Shown: positions 1 to 9,367 of the stretch, one piece after another | How positions within the stretch are numbered: position 1 is the stretch's first letter | How the letters are laid out: every line of letters begins with the position of its first letter | Source: a virus | Lineage: Duplodnaviria; Heunggongvirae; Uroviricota; Caudoviricetes | Virus record (IMG/VR): IMGVR_UViG_3300024308_000004 | Location: 38,641 to 102,640 of that record | Strand: one strand, 5' to 3' | DNA length: 64,000 nucleotides | Notes under the pieces: generated by a model | Told to the model about the DNA's origin: nothing | Database searches by the model: none | The model's input: the letters and a program-made list of their open reading frames with translations, nothing else | Translations under genes and position numbers: made by a program

Positions 1-2
1 CG

Positions 3-1118
3 ATGAACCTGTTGCTGAAAGATGCCTTCGACAAGAAGCGCCTCAAAACGGAACTGAAACCCGAGATTATTCAGGTAGTTAAAGACGCATTCGCCGAAGA
101 ACTGACCGACATTGACTTCGTGGCTGAGAAGGTCACGAAGTTTGCCCGTAAGCAGGCGCTTGAAAACGCCATCGTTACTGCGGCTGAAAAGATCGACAAG
201 GGCGATTACGAAGGCGTCGAGGAGTTGATCCAGAAGGCGCAGTTGGTCGGTCAGAAGGACGACGAAGAACAGGTCGACTTCTGGAAAGAAGCTGACAACC
301 GCATGAAGCATCGCCAAGCAGTCGAAGCGGGTTTAATCAAGCCAAGTGGCATTACGACCGGCTTCCAGTTGATGGACGATGTTATGTATCACAAGGGTTG
401 GGGCCGTCAGGAGTTATCCCTGTTGATGGGTCCAGCAAAGTCGGGTAAGTCGATGGCGCTGGTTACGTTTGGTGTCAAGGCAGCGCTGGCAGGATACAAC
501 GTCCTGTATGTGTCGCTGGAAGTTTCCAAGCGCATCATCCAAGATCGTATGGATGCAAATCTGTCCGGCGTCAAGATCAATGACCTGTCGGTGCAGATGA
601 AGAAGGTTCACGACGAGGCAGTGATTCACGGCGCTAAGGCTGGTCATCTGAAAGTCCATGACTATGCTTCTGGTACGTTCACGCCGAACCAGCTGCGTCG
701 TTTGCTGGCACGTTATGCAGCGGCTGGCATTAAGTTTGACGAGGTAATCGTTGACTATGCCGATCTGATGGCACCGGACAAGGTGTCCAATGAGCCCCGA
801 GAAAACTCCCGCATGATCTACGTCGCCCTGCGAGGTATCGCCCACGAATACAACTGCGCTCTTTTGACCGCAACTCAGACCAACCGCGCCGGTTTCAAGG
901 CTGCGATGGGTGACATGGAGCATGTCTCGGACGACATTAACAAGGTGCGTACTGTGGACTTGATGATTTCTCTGAACCGCGACGACGAAGACAAGACCAA
1001 TCACACAGCCCGACTGTACTTTGCGGCGTCACGTAACCAAGGTTCGTGCATCGTGCATGTGGACTCGGACATTGCAAGCGCCCGTTACATTGCAAAGGTC
1101 AACAAGGTAGAAGACTAA
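3..1118 (+). CDS. Replicative DNA helicase (DnaB / T4 gp41-like), 5' partial at window edge
   Basis: RecA-fold C-terminal domain with Walker A GPAKSGKS, Walker B-like VIVDYADLM and arginine finger region. ORF continues upstream of window start. Confidence 0.8.
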   Translation: MNLLLKDAFDKKRLKTELKPEIIQVVKDAFAEELTDIDFVAEKVTKFARKQALENAIVTAAEKIDKGDYEGVEELIQKAQLVGQKDDEEQVDFWKEADNRMKHRQAVEAGLIKPSGITTGFQLMDDVMYHKGWGRQELSLLMGPAKSGKSMALVTFGVKAALAGYNVLYVSLEVSKRIIQDRMDANLSGVKINDLSVQMKKVHDEAVIHGAKAGHLKVHDYASGTFTPNQLRRLLARYAAAGIKFDEVIVDYADLMAPDKVSNEPRENSRMIYVALRGIAHEYNCALLTATQTNRAGFKAAMGDMEHVSDDINKVRTVDLMISLNRDDEDKTNHTARLYFAASRNQGSCIVHVDSDIASARYIAKVNKVED

Positions 1119-2188
1119 TGAGCCAAGAAGCCTTAGAAGATTTGGATATCGAGTGGGTAATTCAAGACGAGGGTTTGGACTACAAGGAATCTTGGGGTCA
1201 CAACGGTCGTCAGTTGAACCTGCGGCATTGTCCCTTCTGTGGCAACAACAAGTACAAGGTGTATATCAACGCCGATACTGGCTTGGGGAATTGCTTTGCG
1301 GGCTCTTGCTCGCAAGGCTCTTTCAACAAGTGGCAATTCTTGCGGGAAGTGTATGACCTAACCGGTCGTGACCTACATCGCAAGATCGAGGACGCAGCAG
1401 GTGAGCAAGGGTGGAAGCCCAAGCAAGCCGTGAAGAAGTTCGATCCGGGTCCGTTGAATCTGCCTGACTGTGACGCCGCATGGACCATGTCCCCGATGCC
1501 GAAGTATCTGGTAGATCGTGGTGTGACGGCTGAAATTGCCGAACACTTCGACCTGGGTTACTGCGAGTCGGGTTGGTTTGTTGTGAAGGACCCAACGGGA
1601 GAGGAGATTAAACAGAACTATGCCAAACGAATTATCATTCCGGTATATGACGTTAATGGCGAAATTGTGTCTTTTCAAGGCCGCGATACGACAGGCACAT
1701 CCGATAGACGCTATCTTTTTCCACCAATGTTTAGTGGCACCGGTACCCAGCTTTATAACATCCAAAATTGGAAGGCTGGAATGGAAAGTGTCGTTGTTGC
1801 AGAAGGTGCTTTCGACGCCATCGGTGTGTACCGAGCGCTCAAGGCAAAGAAGCTGGATTCTAAGATACTTGCAACAGCCTCATTCGGCATGAGTTTTACC
1901 GAATCGCCCACTGGCAATGATCAGGTCACGCGCTTGTTGGAGCTGAAAGATCGCGGACTCAAAGAGGTGATCTTCATGTGGGATGACGAAGCGCCGGCGA
2001 TCAAGGCTGCGCTCGCAGCGTGTAAGAAGGTGAAGCGTTACGGTCTACGTGTAAAGATCGCCATTGTCAAAGGCGCCAAAGACCCCGGTGATGCGACAGT
2101 GGATCAGATCATGGATGCTTTGCGTGAAGCCCAAGAAGTAAGGTCAGACATGCAAGCCATGTTGTTGGAACGCAAACTTACCAGTTGA
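1118..2188 (+). CDS. DNA primase (DnaG-like: zinc-binding domain plus TOPRIM)
   Basis: CPFCGNNKYKVYINADTGLGNCFAGSC zinc ribbon followed by a TOPRIM-like VVVAEGAFDAIGV...WDDE motif. Start ATG overlaps the helicase stop (TAATG). Confidence 0.8.
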   Translation: MSQEALEDLDIEWVIQDEGLDYKESWGHNGRQLNLRHCPFCGNNKYKVYINADTGLGNCFAGSCSQGSFNKWQFLREVYDLTGRDLHRKIEDAAGEQGWKPKQAVKKFDPGPLNLPDCDAAWTMSPMPKYLVDRGVTAEIAEHFDLGYCESGWFVVKDPTGEEIKQNYAKRIIIPVYDVNGEIVSFQGRDTTGTSDRRYLFPPMFSGTGTQLYNIQNWKAGMESVVVAEGAFDAIGVYRALKAKKLDSKILATASFGMSFTESPTGNDQVTRLLELKDRGLKEVIFMWDDEAPAIKAALAACKKVKRYGLRVKIAIVKGAKDPGDATVDQIMDALREAQEVRSDMQAMLLERKLTS

Positions 2189-2229
2189 TCCCTGGATATA
2201 TTCATTACACGTACACAACGGACACAACA

Positions 2230-2841
2230 ATGGAACACATGGAACTTATCGACCAGGCTGGCATCAAGCTGGACGCGATCAGCCTGAAACTGATCCAAGA
2301 CGAGTATCCCTTGGACGCATCGCGTGGTGGATGCAATACGGTATTCCACCACTGCGACGTGTATCAGGGTCGTCCGTCTTACGCATCGTGTCTGACCGTC
2401 ATGGACCAGGCAATGGAAGGCAAGAACTTCGACCTGCGTCCTGAATGTCACAAAGCCGTGGCAAACAAGACGTGCCCAGCGATGAAGCTGCGCAAGGCTG
2501 AATTGCAAGCCGGTCGAGCATTGTTCTTCGTGGACTATAGAGACGTGGTGCGTGAGCGCAAGCGCCTCGCAGATGAAGCCGAACCGGATATCTTGTTCGG
2601 TCGTCGCAGCAAGGAAGTCGCACCGCGAGGGAAGTTCGTCCCGACGGTGTTCGACAAGAAGGGTCAGCCGATCTTCGACAAGCAAAAGGCAGCCGAAGTC
2701 GAACTGCAAAAGCAGGAAGGCCCTGACAACAGCAAATTCAACAAGCCGCAGAAGTCGAAGACCAACAAGATCGAACGCGTGGGTAACGACGAAATTGGCA
2801 TCATGCAAAGGGTACTGGAGAAAAAACTAAATGAAGGCTGA
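2230..2841 (+). CDS. Hypothetical protein with basic, Lys-rich C-terminus
   Basis: Long ORF between primase and ligase. Start uncertain (ATG at 2230, or alternative TTG at 2185). Confidence 0.35.
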   Translation: MEHMELIDQAGIKLDAISLKLIQDEYPLDASRGGCNTVFHHCDVYQGRPSYASCLTVMDQAMEGKNFDLRPECHKAVANKTCPAMKLRKAELQAGRALFFVDYRDVVRERKRLADEAEPDILFGRRSKEVAPRGKFVPTVFDKKGQPIFDKQKAAEVELQKQEGPDNSKFNKPQKSKTNKIERVGNDEIGIMQRVLEKKLNEG

Positions 2842-4198
2842 GAAAATCTATATTTCCGCATCAAATCTGGGACACGCTCGCAACATTGCGAGCCGTGTGT
2901 CTGAAATCGTTCAGGGCGACGCTGACACGCCGGTGTATTGGAAGCGTACTTTGTGGTACGCGTACAACCCGTACATTCGATTCGGCGTCAAGATGACACC
3001 CGGTCTTGAGGTTCAAATCATCGATGCTTCACAGAAAGGCTCGGACGGCTGGGACATTGATGCGCAGGAAATTTGGGACCTGTTGGATGAATTCTCCAAG
3101 TCCACTGAAAGCGCATCCAAGAAATCCGATCGCCTGATTACGTTCGCCAGCAATCTGAACATTCATGCCGCATGGACTCTGGCGCATATTATTGCCAAGT
3201 CGATTGCGGTTGGCACTTCGGAATCGACCGTCAACAAGGCGTTCAAGGACTTCATCCCGGTATTCAACGTGCAGTTAGCCGCGAAGTTCTCGGAGAAGAA
3301 GATCAAGGCTACTTTGCCAGCATACGTGGAAATCAAACACGATGGTATGCGTGCAATCGGTAAGGTCTTCCCGACCTGGGAAGTTGAAATCGTCACCCGC
3401 AAGGGTCATCCGATTCCAGCGGCAGCGCCGATGCACAAGAACCTGGTCAACTTAGCCAAGGCTTATAAGAAGCTGACGGACGGTAAGATCGAATGGCAGG
3501 GCATGGTGTCCGACGGTGAACTGATGGGTGGTTCGTTCAATGAAACCATGTCGGCATATCGTAGTAGCACCGCAACCGATTCGGGCTTCTATCATGTGTT
3601 TGACATTTTGCCGATGCAGGTGCTGACGGTTGATGGATATGTTACCGACCCGTTCCGTGAACGACGCGAGCTACTGCGCCAGGCGTTTGAGTTGGCTGAA
3701 CAGGTGACACCGTTTACGGACGTGATCCGGTCGAAGTCATTCGTGGCATCCAGCGTCACCGAAATCTACACCATGTACGAACAGTTCCGCGCCGACGGCC
3801 ATGAAGGCGCGATCATCAAGACCGGTGACGGTACTTGGCAATGCAAGCGCACGTCGGATTGGCAGAAGATCAAAGCCTGTGAGACCGAAGACCTGCCGAT
3901 TATCGGTGCGTTTGAAGGCGAAGGTGAAATGGTCGGCATGTTGGGTGGCTTTATCGTTGATCGTGGTGGCGTGCATGTGCAGGTTGGCTCAGGCTTAAAG
4001 CTGGCAGACCGTATCGCTTGGTGGGAAGCCGTGCAGCGTGACTTTGCCAAAGCCCGCACGGGCATCACGGACCCTGAGGAGTTTGAAATCATCGGGTGTC
4101 TGGCCGAAATCAACTACCAAGAGGTAACTCCGGATGGTTCGTTACGCCACCCAGTCTTCATCCGTCTCCGCAAAGACAAGAACGAGGTGTCCTTCTAA
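2831..4198 (+). CDS. ATP-dependent DNA ligase
   Basis: Adenylation motif I KHDGMR (KxDG), nucleotidyltransferase plus OB-fold length, motif EGAIIK. GGAG RBS before the ATG. Confidence 0.85.
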   Translation: MKAEKIYISASNLGHARNIASRVSEIVQGDADTPVYWKRTLWYAYNPYIRFGVKMTPGLEVQIIDASQKGSDGWDIDAQEIWDLLDEFSKSTESASKKSDRLITFASNLNIHAAWTLAHIIAKSIAVGTSESTVNKAFKDFIPVFNVQLAAKFSEKKIKATLPAYVEIKHDGMRAIGKVFPTWEVEIVTRKGHPIPAAAPMHKNLVNLAKAYKKLTDGKIEWQGMVSDGELMGGSFNETMSAYRSSTATDSGFYHVFDILPMQVLTVDGYVTDPFRERRELLRQAFELAEQVTPFTDVIRSKSFVASSVTEIYTMYEQFRADGHEGAIIKTGDGTWQCKRTSDWQKIKACETEDLPIIGAFEGEGEMVGMLGGFIVDRGGVHVQVGSGLKLADRIAWWEAVQRDFAKARTGITDPEEFEIIGCLAEINYQEVTPDGSLRHPVFIRLRKDKNEVSF

Positions 4199-4791
4199 TG
4201 AAGAAATTGATCCTGTTGGTGGGTCCGACTTGCTCGGGTAAGTCCACGCTTGAAAAGGAACTGAACAGCCTGGGTGTGCCCAGTGTTATCTCTTACACCA
4301 CCCGTGCCCTGCGCACGGGTGAAACGAACGGAGTGGATTATTACTTCGTCAGCCACGAACAAGCGAAGGCATACGAAGAAGCTGGCTTGACCATTCAGAA
4401 GGTCGAGTTCTCGGGTTACTCCTATGGCTCTACTGTTGGTTCACTGAACGAGGCTTTCCGCAATTCTGAGGTCGCGGTGATGGTTGTAGAACCAACCGGT
4501 GTTGCCCAGTTCCAGGAAGTCGCAAAGCGGCTTGGATGGTTCAAAGTGGTTTCGCTGTATGTGCATGGCGAATGGACCACTTTATGTGACCGGCTTATCG
4601 CTCGCTACAATGCAGATAAGAACGCGCGCGATGAATACTATTGGCAACGCTTTATGCAAATGTCCCAAGCGTACCGTGAATGGCCAACGTATATTGCATA
4701 CACGGATCGAATCGCGTCGATTGATGATCGTGACCCCTGGCGCTCCACTCACAGCTGGGCACTCCGCATTCTTGACACGCATTGCCGTTAA
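4198..4791 (+). CDS. gmk: Guanylate kinase-like nucleoside monophosphate kinase
   Basis: P-loop GPTCSGKSTL followed by the guanylate kinase signature TTRALRTGETNGVDYYFV. ATG overlaps the ligase stop. Confidence 0.7.
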   Translation: MKKLILLVGPTCSGKSTLEKELNSLGVPSVISYTTRALRTGETNGVDYYFVSHEQAKAYEEAGLTIQKVEFSGYSYGSTVGSLNEAFRNSEVAVMVVEPTGVAQFQEVAKRLGWFKVVSLYVHGEWTTLCDRLIARYNADKNARDEYYWQRFMQMSQAYREWPTYIAYTDRIASIDDRDPWRSTHSWALRILDTHCR

Positions 4792-4830
4792 CATTCACGC
4801 CAAGGTTTACACTGGCGTTAACACTCACGC
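4786..4830. repeat. Two 14-nt direct repeats (CGTTAACAYTCACGC) in the gmk-cobT intergenic region
   Basis: ccgttaacattcacgc at ~4786 and cgttaacactcacgc at ~4816, each containing a GTTAAC palindrome. Possible operator or promoter element. Confidence 0.4.
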
Positions 4831-4871
4831 TATCATTACAACGCGTTGACGATCAGCGCACAAGGAAAAAC

Positions 4872-6851
4872 GTGACAAACAGGGCATTGAAAAACATTGC
4901 GGAGATTGCGGAGGTCGTGGCTCGTGTCACGCGCATCCTGTCGGGCCGCAATATTCAGGTCATCCAAGAGGGCCTGAAACTCGGCGTGGAGTACGATTCA
5001 CAGGGCGCTCCCGTCCGTGTGTATCTGCCCTCGCTGGTGGACAATCCGTCCGACGAACTGCTGGTTGCAGTGCATGGCTTCCTCGACCGCGAAGTCTCGA
5101 CCCTTTTGTATACGGATCATGCGGAGACCCATCGTCGCCGCATGTCTCCGCAGTACGGCAAGAAGGGTATGCACCGTGCGATGCAGAGCGTCGTTGAAGA
5201 AGTCCGCACCGAGCGCAACATGCGCCAGGACTTCGTGGGCTCGGCTCACAACTTCAACAAGAACCACGAATTCGCAATCGATGAAATCCTGGAGCCGGAG
5301 TACAAGAAGCTCCGGGGTACGGATCGTATGGCGTTGCTCGCAATGCCCGCGATCCGTGCAGCAGCGGGTGATCCGCGCTATCAGAAGTTCATGGACGGCA
5401 AGTGGGAGTCGCTGGGCAAACTCGGTGGTTCGATCCTGCATTACGCCGATGACATTGCTGAGTCGAAGACCACCAAGGACACGTATGAGCTGACCGAAAA
5501 GATCATGCGTCGCTGGGAAGAGGAAGAAAAGAAAAACGGCGACGACGAAGGTGATGGCGACGGTGACGGTAAGGGCAAGTCGAAAGGCGAAGCTGGTGCC
5601 GATGATGCCGACGGTGGCATGGGCGCTGGTGGTGGCGAAGACGACGACAGCGAAGCTGGTGAAAACGGCGAAGGTTCTCCGTATGAGAATCTGGACAAGA
5701 AGAACGAGCACCTGGACAAGCGCCATGAACAGGATGACGCCCGCGACCCGAACTCAGGTAGTTCTGGCCAACAGCAGGGTCTGACCGAGTTCAAGAAGGA
5801 CTTGGAAGATTCGTTCGCCGCTTCTGATTGGAACTCCAAGTATGAGGAGAAGATCAAGAAGCTCGCCAAGGATGAACAGTCCACTGCGCCGTATGTGCCG
5901 TATTCGCGGCAGTACGATTATGTCGGTCCGTTCCCCAATGCCGACAAGCAGATCGCCCGCTTCTCGACCACGCAGACTGCGCTCAAGGTGTACGAGCAGG
6001 CTGTCACCAACTCGCATGTGATCCAGAACCAGATTCAGAAGTTGTTCATGGCGAAAGCTCTGGTGCGCTGGGAACCCGGTCTGCGTCGCGGCAAGATCAA
6101 CGCGACGAGCCTGCACAAGCTGCGCACTGGTGACCCGCGCGTGTTCCGTCGCAAGATTGAATCGGACGACCGTAACATTGCGGTGTCGTTGCTGCTGGAT
6201 ATCTCCGGCTCCATGTCCGGCTCAAAGGTTCAGTACGCAGCCATTGCGGCCTTGATGTTCTCGCAAGTGCTGTCGAAGCTGAATATCAGCCACGAGATTT
6301 CGTGCTTCTCCACGTACTACGGATCCTACATGGGCAGTGCCTTGCCCGACGCCGATGCCATCAACAAAATGCTTTCGGGCATTGGTGCAAGCCGTGGTTG
6401 GGGTGTGGGTGCAGTCAGTGGCATCACGTATGGTCGCTATGCGCCCATCACGAACTACATCGCCAAGTCCTACGACGGACGACTCGATGAATCCACGAAG
6501 CGCCTGATCTGCATGATCCCGGATGGGTTCAGCAATCTCCGCGCCAACAACGTCGATGGTGAATCCGTCGCAACTGCGGGTCAGCGTCTGCTGGCTCGAC
6601 AAGAAAAGCGAAAGGTGATGATCGTAATGTCAGACGGCAGTCCTGCTGCTGACGGCGATGGTCGCGCTCTCGCAAAGCACCTGAAAGATGTGGTCAAGTC
6701 ATTGTCACAGCAGGGTGTCGAAATGCTTGGGCTGGGTATGCTGGACAGGTCTGTCACGCATTACTATCCCAAGTCTGTAGTGGTTAACGAGGTGGAAGAT
6801 ATTCCCACCAAAATTCTGGAACTCACCAAACAACTGGTCGTCGGAGCGTAA
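4872..6851 (+). CDS. von Willebrand factor A domain protein, CobT-like (partner of the CobS-like AAA+ ATPase)
   Basis: C-terminal vWA with MIDAS DxSxS (LLLDISGSMSG) and later T/D residues. Long acidic low-complexity linker (5512-5760, runs of D/E/G). GTG start after an AAGGAAAAA RBS; in-frame ORF opens at 4782. Confidence 0.7.
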   Translation: MTNRALKNIAEIAEVVARVTRILSGRNIQVIQEGLKLGVEYDSQGAPVRVYLPSLVDNPSDELLVAVHGFLDREVSTLLYTDHAETHRRRMSPQYGKKGMHRAMQSVVEEVRTERNMRQDFVGSAHNFNKNHEFAIDEILEPEYKKLRGTDRMALLAMPAIRAAAGDPRYQKFMDGKWESLGKLGGSILHYADDIAESKTTKDTYELTEKIMRRWEEEEKKNGDDEGDGDGDGKGKSKGEAGADDADGGMGAGGGEDDDSEAGENGEGSPYENLDKKNEHLDKRHEQDDARDPNSGSSGQQQGLTEFKKDLEDSFAASDWNSKYEEKIKKLAKDEQSTAPYVPYSRQYDYVGPFPNADKQIARFSTTQTALKVYEQAVTNSHVIQNQIQKLFMAKALVRWEPGLRRGKINATSLHKLRTGDPRVFRRKIESDDRNIAVSLLLDISGSMSGSKVQYAAIAALMFSQVLSKLNISHEISCFSTYYGSYMGSALPDADAINKMLSGIGASRGWGVGAVSGITYGRYAPITNYIAKSYDGRLDESTKRLICMIPDGFSNLRANNVDGESVATAGQRLLARQEKRKVMIVMSDGSPAADGDGRALAKHLKDVVKSLSQQGVEMLGLGMLDRSVTHYYPKSVVVNEVEDIPTKILELTKQLVVGA

Positions 6852-6857
6852 ACAACA

Positions 6858-8039
6858 ATGTCCAATGAAGAAATGATTACCTGTCAGGTTCCGGGGTGCG
6901 GCGAAACTGCCCACATCATGGAACAGCATCTGGCGTCCAAGCACCCCGAGTACAACCTGGAACGCTATCAGGCGGAATTCCCGGGAGCCCCGATCATCTC
7001 CGAGAAGGCTCGCAAGGTTCTGGCAGCCCGTACAGCGAGCGCTCGCCCCGCAACGACGGCTGAACCGACAGCAACTACCGTCGCTGTCGCCAAGAAGACC
7101 GTACAGCGCAAGCCGTTCCACGAAGTCTTCGGCTTCTCCAAGACGGATCGCGCTGCATTGTCCGCAAAGGGCGCTCCGATCGGCATCCGCGTCTTCGAGC
7201 CGGATGAACTGACTCCGGAAGCTCGCGCAACGGTGCCGGACAAGGATTCGGACTACGTGTTCAACGTGGACCTGACCAAGACCGTTGTGATGGCTCTGGA
7301 AATGAACGTGCCGATTTATCTGCACGGTCATGCCGGTGTCGGCAAGTCGACCCTGCTGGAGCAGGTCGCGCATCACACCTATCGCGGCTACACCCGCGTA
7401 CAGCACACGGCCAACATGGAAGAAGCCGACGTTGAAGGTCGTTACATCGTCAACGCGAAGGGCGAAATGGAATTCCAGAACGGTCCGCTGACCGACGCGA
7501 TGGAGCAGGGTCTCCTGTACGTCGCCGACGAATACGACTTCGCTCCTCCGATGGTGCTGTCGGTGTATCAGGCAGTTCTGGAAGGCAAGCCGCTGTTCAT
7601 CAAGGCTGCGAACAAGAAGGTTGTACCGCATCAGAACTTCCGCTTCTGCGCAACGGGTAACACGAACGGTGCCGGTGATGAATCGGGCCTGTACCAGGGC
7701 ACGATGGTCCAGAACGCGGCCAACTACGAACGCTTCGGCGTCGTGGAGAAGGTGCAGTACATGCCGCAGAAGGACGAAATCGAAATGCTGGTGCGCAAGA
7801 CCAGTATCGCCCACGAAGATGCCAAGCGTATCGTGGACTTCGCCACCAAGATGCGTGAAGGCTTCGACAAGAACGACGTGGATATCCCCATGTCGCCGCG
7901 TGCAACCCTGAATGCTGCGAAGCTGGGTATGGCACGTAACGACATGTCGTTCGGCATCAAGGTCGCGTACATCAATCGTCTGCCTGCTCGCAGTGCGGAC
8001 GTTGCACGTCAGACTTCCCAGCGCGTCTTCGGTTCGTAA
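6858..8039 (+). CDS. AAA+ ATPase, MoxR/CobS-like
   Basis: Walker A HGHAGVGKSTL, Walker B LLYVADEYD, sensor region CATGNTNG. It is the typical partner of a vWA protein. N-terminal Cys/His cluster CQVPGCGETAH. Confidence 0.75.
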   Translation: MSNEEMITCQVPGCGETAHIMEQHLASKHPEYNLERYQAEFPGAPIISEKARKVLAARTASARPATTAEPTATTVAVAKKTVQRKPFHEVFGFSKTDRAALSAKGAPIGIRVFEPDELTPEARATVPDKDSDYVFNVDLTKTVVMALEMNVPIYLHGHAGVGKSTLLEQVAHHTYRGYTRVQHTANMEEADVEGRYIVNAKGEMEFQNGPLTDAMEQGLLYVADEYDFAPPMVLSVYQAVLEGKPLFIKAANKKVVPHQNFRFCATGNTNGAGDESGLYQGTMVQNAANYERFGVVEKVQYMPQKDEIEMLVRKTSIAHEDAKRIVDFATKMREGFDKNDVDIPMSPRATLNAAKLGMARNDMSFGIKVAYINRLPARSADVARQTSQRVFGS

Positions 8040-8059
8040 CTTCTAGCAGGAGAGTAACA

Positions 8060-8767
8060 ATGCGGTCTCATCAGGCAGATGAGGCCGCACTTGCTCAGTG
8101 GGCTCCGCTGATTAACAAATTGGCGTTTGCGGCTGCGCAGCGTGCGGCAGGTCTTGGACTGGAAATGGATCACGCAGATTTCGTACAGGAAATCAGCATC
8201 GTGGTTCTGCGTTGTCAGGATTCGTTTGACCCGTCGAAGGAAGTCAAGATGATTACCTTCTTGTACCGGTCCATCTACAACGAACTGAACAAAATTTTCG
8301 CCAAGGAAGAGTCACGTCGCAGGATCGACCTGGAGTGTGAGGAATACATTGACAAGGATGGCAAACCGTCGAAGCGTCTGAAAAACGTTGTCGGCTTTAA
8401 GGTATCTGGCGATACAACCTGGTCGTCAGAAGACGGCGACGAATCCGTTTGGGGACATATCGAAGACGAACAGGCTCAGCCTGATGAAATCGCCGAAGAT
8501 GCCCAGCTGATGGACTTCGTGCATCGTCACGCAACGGATGAAATCTCATCCATTCTGACCCTGCTTGAATCTGGGTCCCCAGTTATTACCGCTCAGCTCC
8601 AAGCGTATAATTTCGGAGTCGAAGCGGACGCGAACGCAGGTGGCATCCGGAGGTTCCAGTTGGATATGGACTTCTCGTTCATCTGCAAGCTGCTCGGGTA
8701 TCCGCCCAGCAAGACTTCGCGCCTCGCGTCGCAAGTGAAATCCATCATCGCACAATACGGGAATTGA
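8060..8767 (+). CDS. ECF-type sigma factor-like protein
   Basis: Region 2-like DFVQEISIVVLRCQDSFDPSKEVKMITFLYRSIYNELNKIF (compare ECF consensus DLVQETFLKAWR...FSTWLYRIARN). C-terminal helix-turn-helix-like segment ICKLLGYPPSKTSRLASQVKSII. Confidence 0.5.
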   Translation: MRSHQADEAALAQWAPLINKLAFAAAQRAAGLGLEMDHADFVQEISIVVLRCQDSFDPSKEVKMITFLYRSIYNELNKIFAKEESRRRIDLECEEYIDKDGKPSKRLKNVVGFKVSGDTTWSSEDGDESVWGHIEDEQAQPDEIAEDAQLMDFVHRHATDEISSILTLLESGSPVITAQLQAYNFGVEADANAGGIRRFQLDMDFSFICKLLGYPPSKTSRLASQVKSIIAQYGN

Positions 8768-8768
8768 T

Positions 8769-9365
8769 ATGACCACGGTAGGCTGCTTTGGTAGCGTTGT
8801 CTACTTCGATCCGGAAGGTCGTCGTTGCAACGCTTGCTCTCTGAAAGGAGACTGTCAAGTCAAGGTGACCGAGAATGAAGCGCTGCTGGGCGATCTGATG
8901 GCTCAGCTGCGTGGCAAAGACAAGACGACCTCGAAGGCGCGTAAGCGTGCCATGTCTGCGGTCGCATCCACTGACGATGGGTTGAAATCTGCAAGTGACG
9001 ATAAGCAAGAGACGCGCGAAACGAAGCCGGTAATCAAGGCAAGCGATACGTCCGGACTTAACGTCAAGGCAGCAGAATTCGTCCATCGCTGGGAAGCAAA
9101 GGGTATTGACTTCGGAGCAACGAAGTCTGGGGTCAATCCCTTTACTGGTTCTGGCAACAAGTTTGCAGTCGTTGCCGTCGACCTGCTGTTGCAGCGTGGG
9201 TCGTGTACCAAAATGGAGATGACGGATCATCTGATCGAACACGCCGGAGCGCGTGGACCGTGGGGGTCGGGCACCGCTTGCTCCCACACCAATATCGTAT
9301 TTGAAGCCTTTGCACACCTTGGGATTATTGAGGTCTCCGGTGGCAAAGCATACTTGAAGAGGTAA
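8769..9365 (+). CDS. Hypothetical protein with N-terminal Cys cluster
   Basis: CFGSVVYFDPEGRRCNACSLKGDC motif. Lies immediately downstream of the sigma-like gene with a 1-nt gap. Confidence 0.4.
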   Translation: MTTVGCFGSVVYFDPEGRRCNACSLKGDCQVKVTENEALLGDLMAQLRGKDKTTSKARKRAMSAVASTDDGLKSASDDKQETRETKPVIKASDTSGLNVKAAEFVHRWEAKGIDFGATKSGVNPFTGSGNKFAVVAVDLLLQRGSCTKMEMTDHLIEHAGARGPWGSGTACSHTNIVFEAFAHLGIIEVSGGKAYLKR

Positions 9366-9367
9366 AG

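Noticed and set aside
414-1004. Long minus-strand ORFs antisense to strongly supported + strand genes (414-1004, 6705-7814, 10760-11701, 34630-35301, 38621-39580, 40527-41609, 52451-53620, 53675-54682, 61123-62154)
   Set aside because: Each lies entirely inside a + strand gene with clear domain motifs, and has no RBS or recognisable motifs. These are typical GC-rich shadow ORFs.
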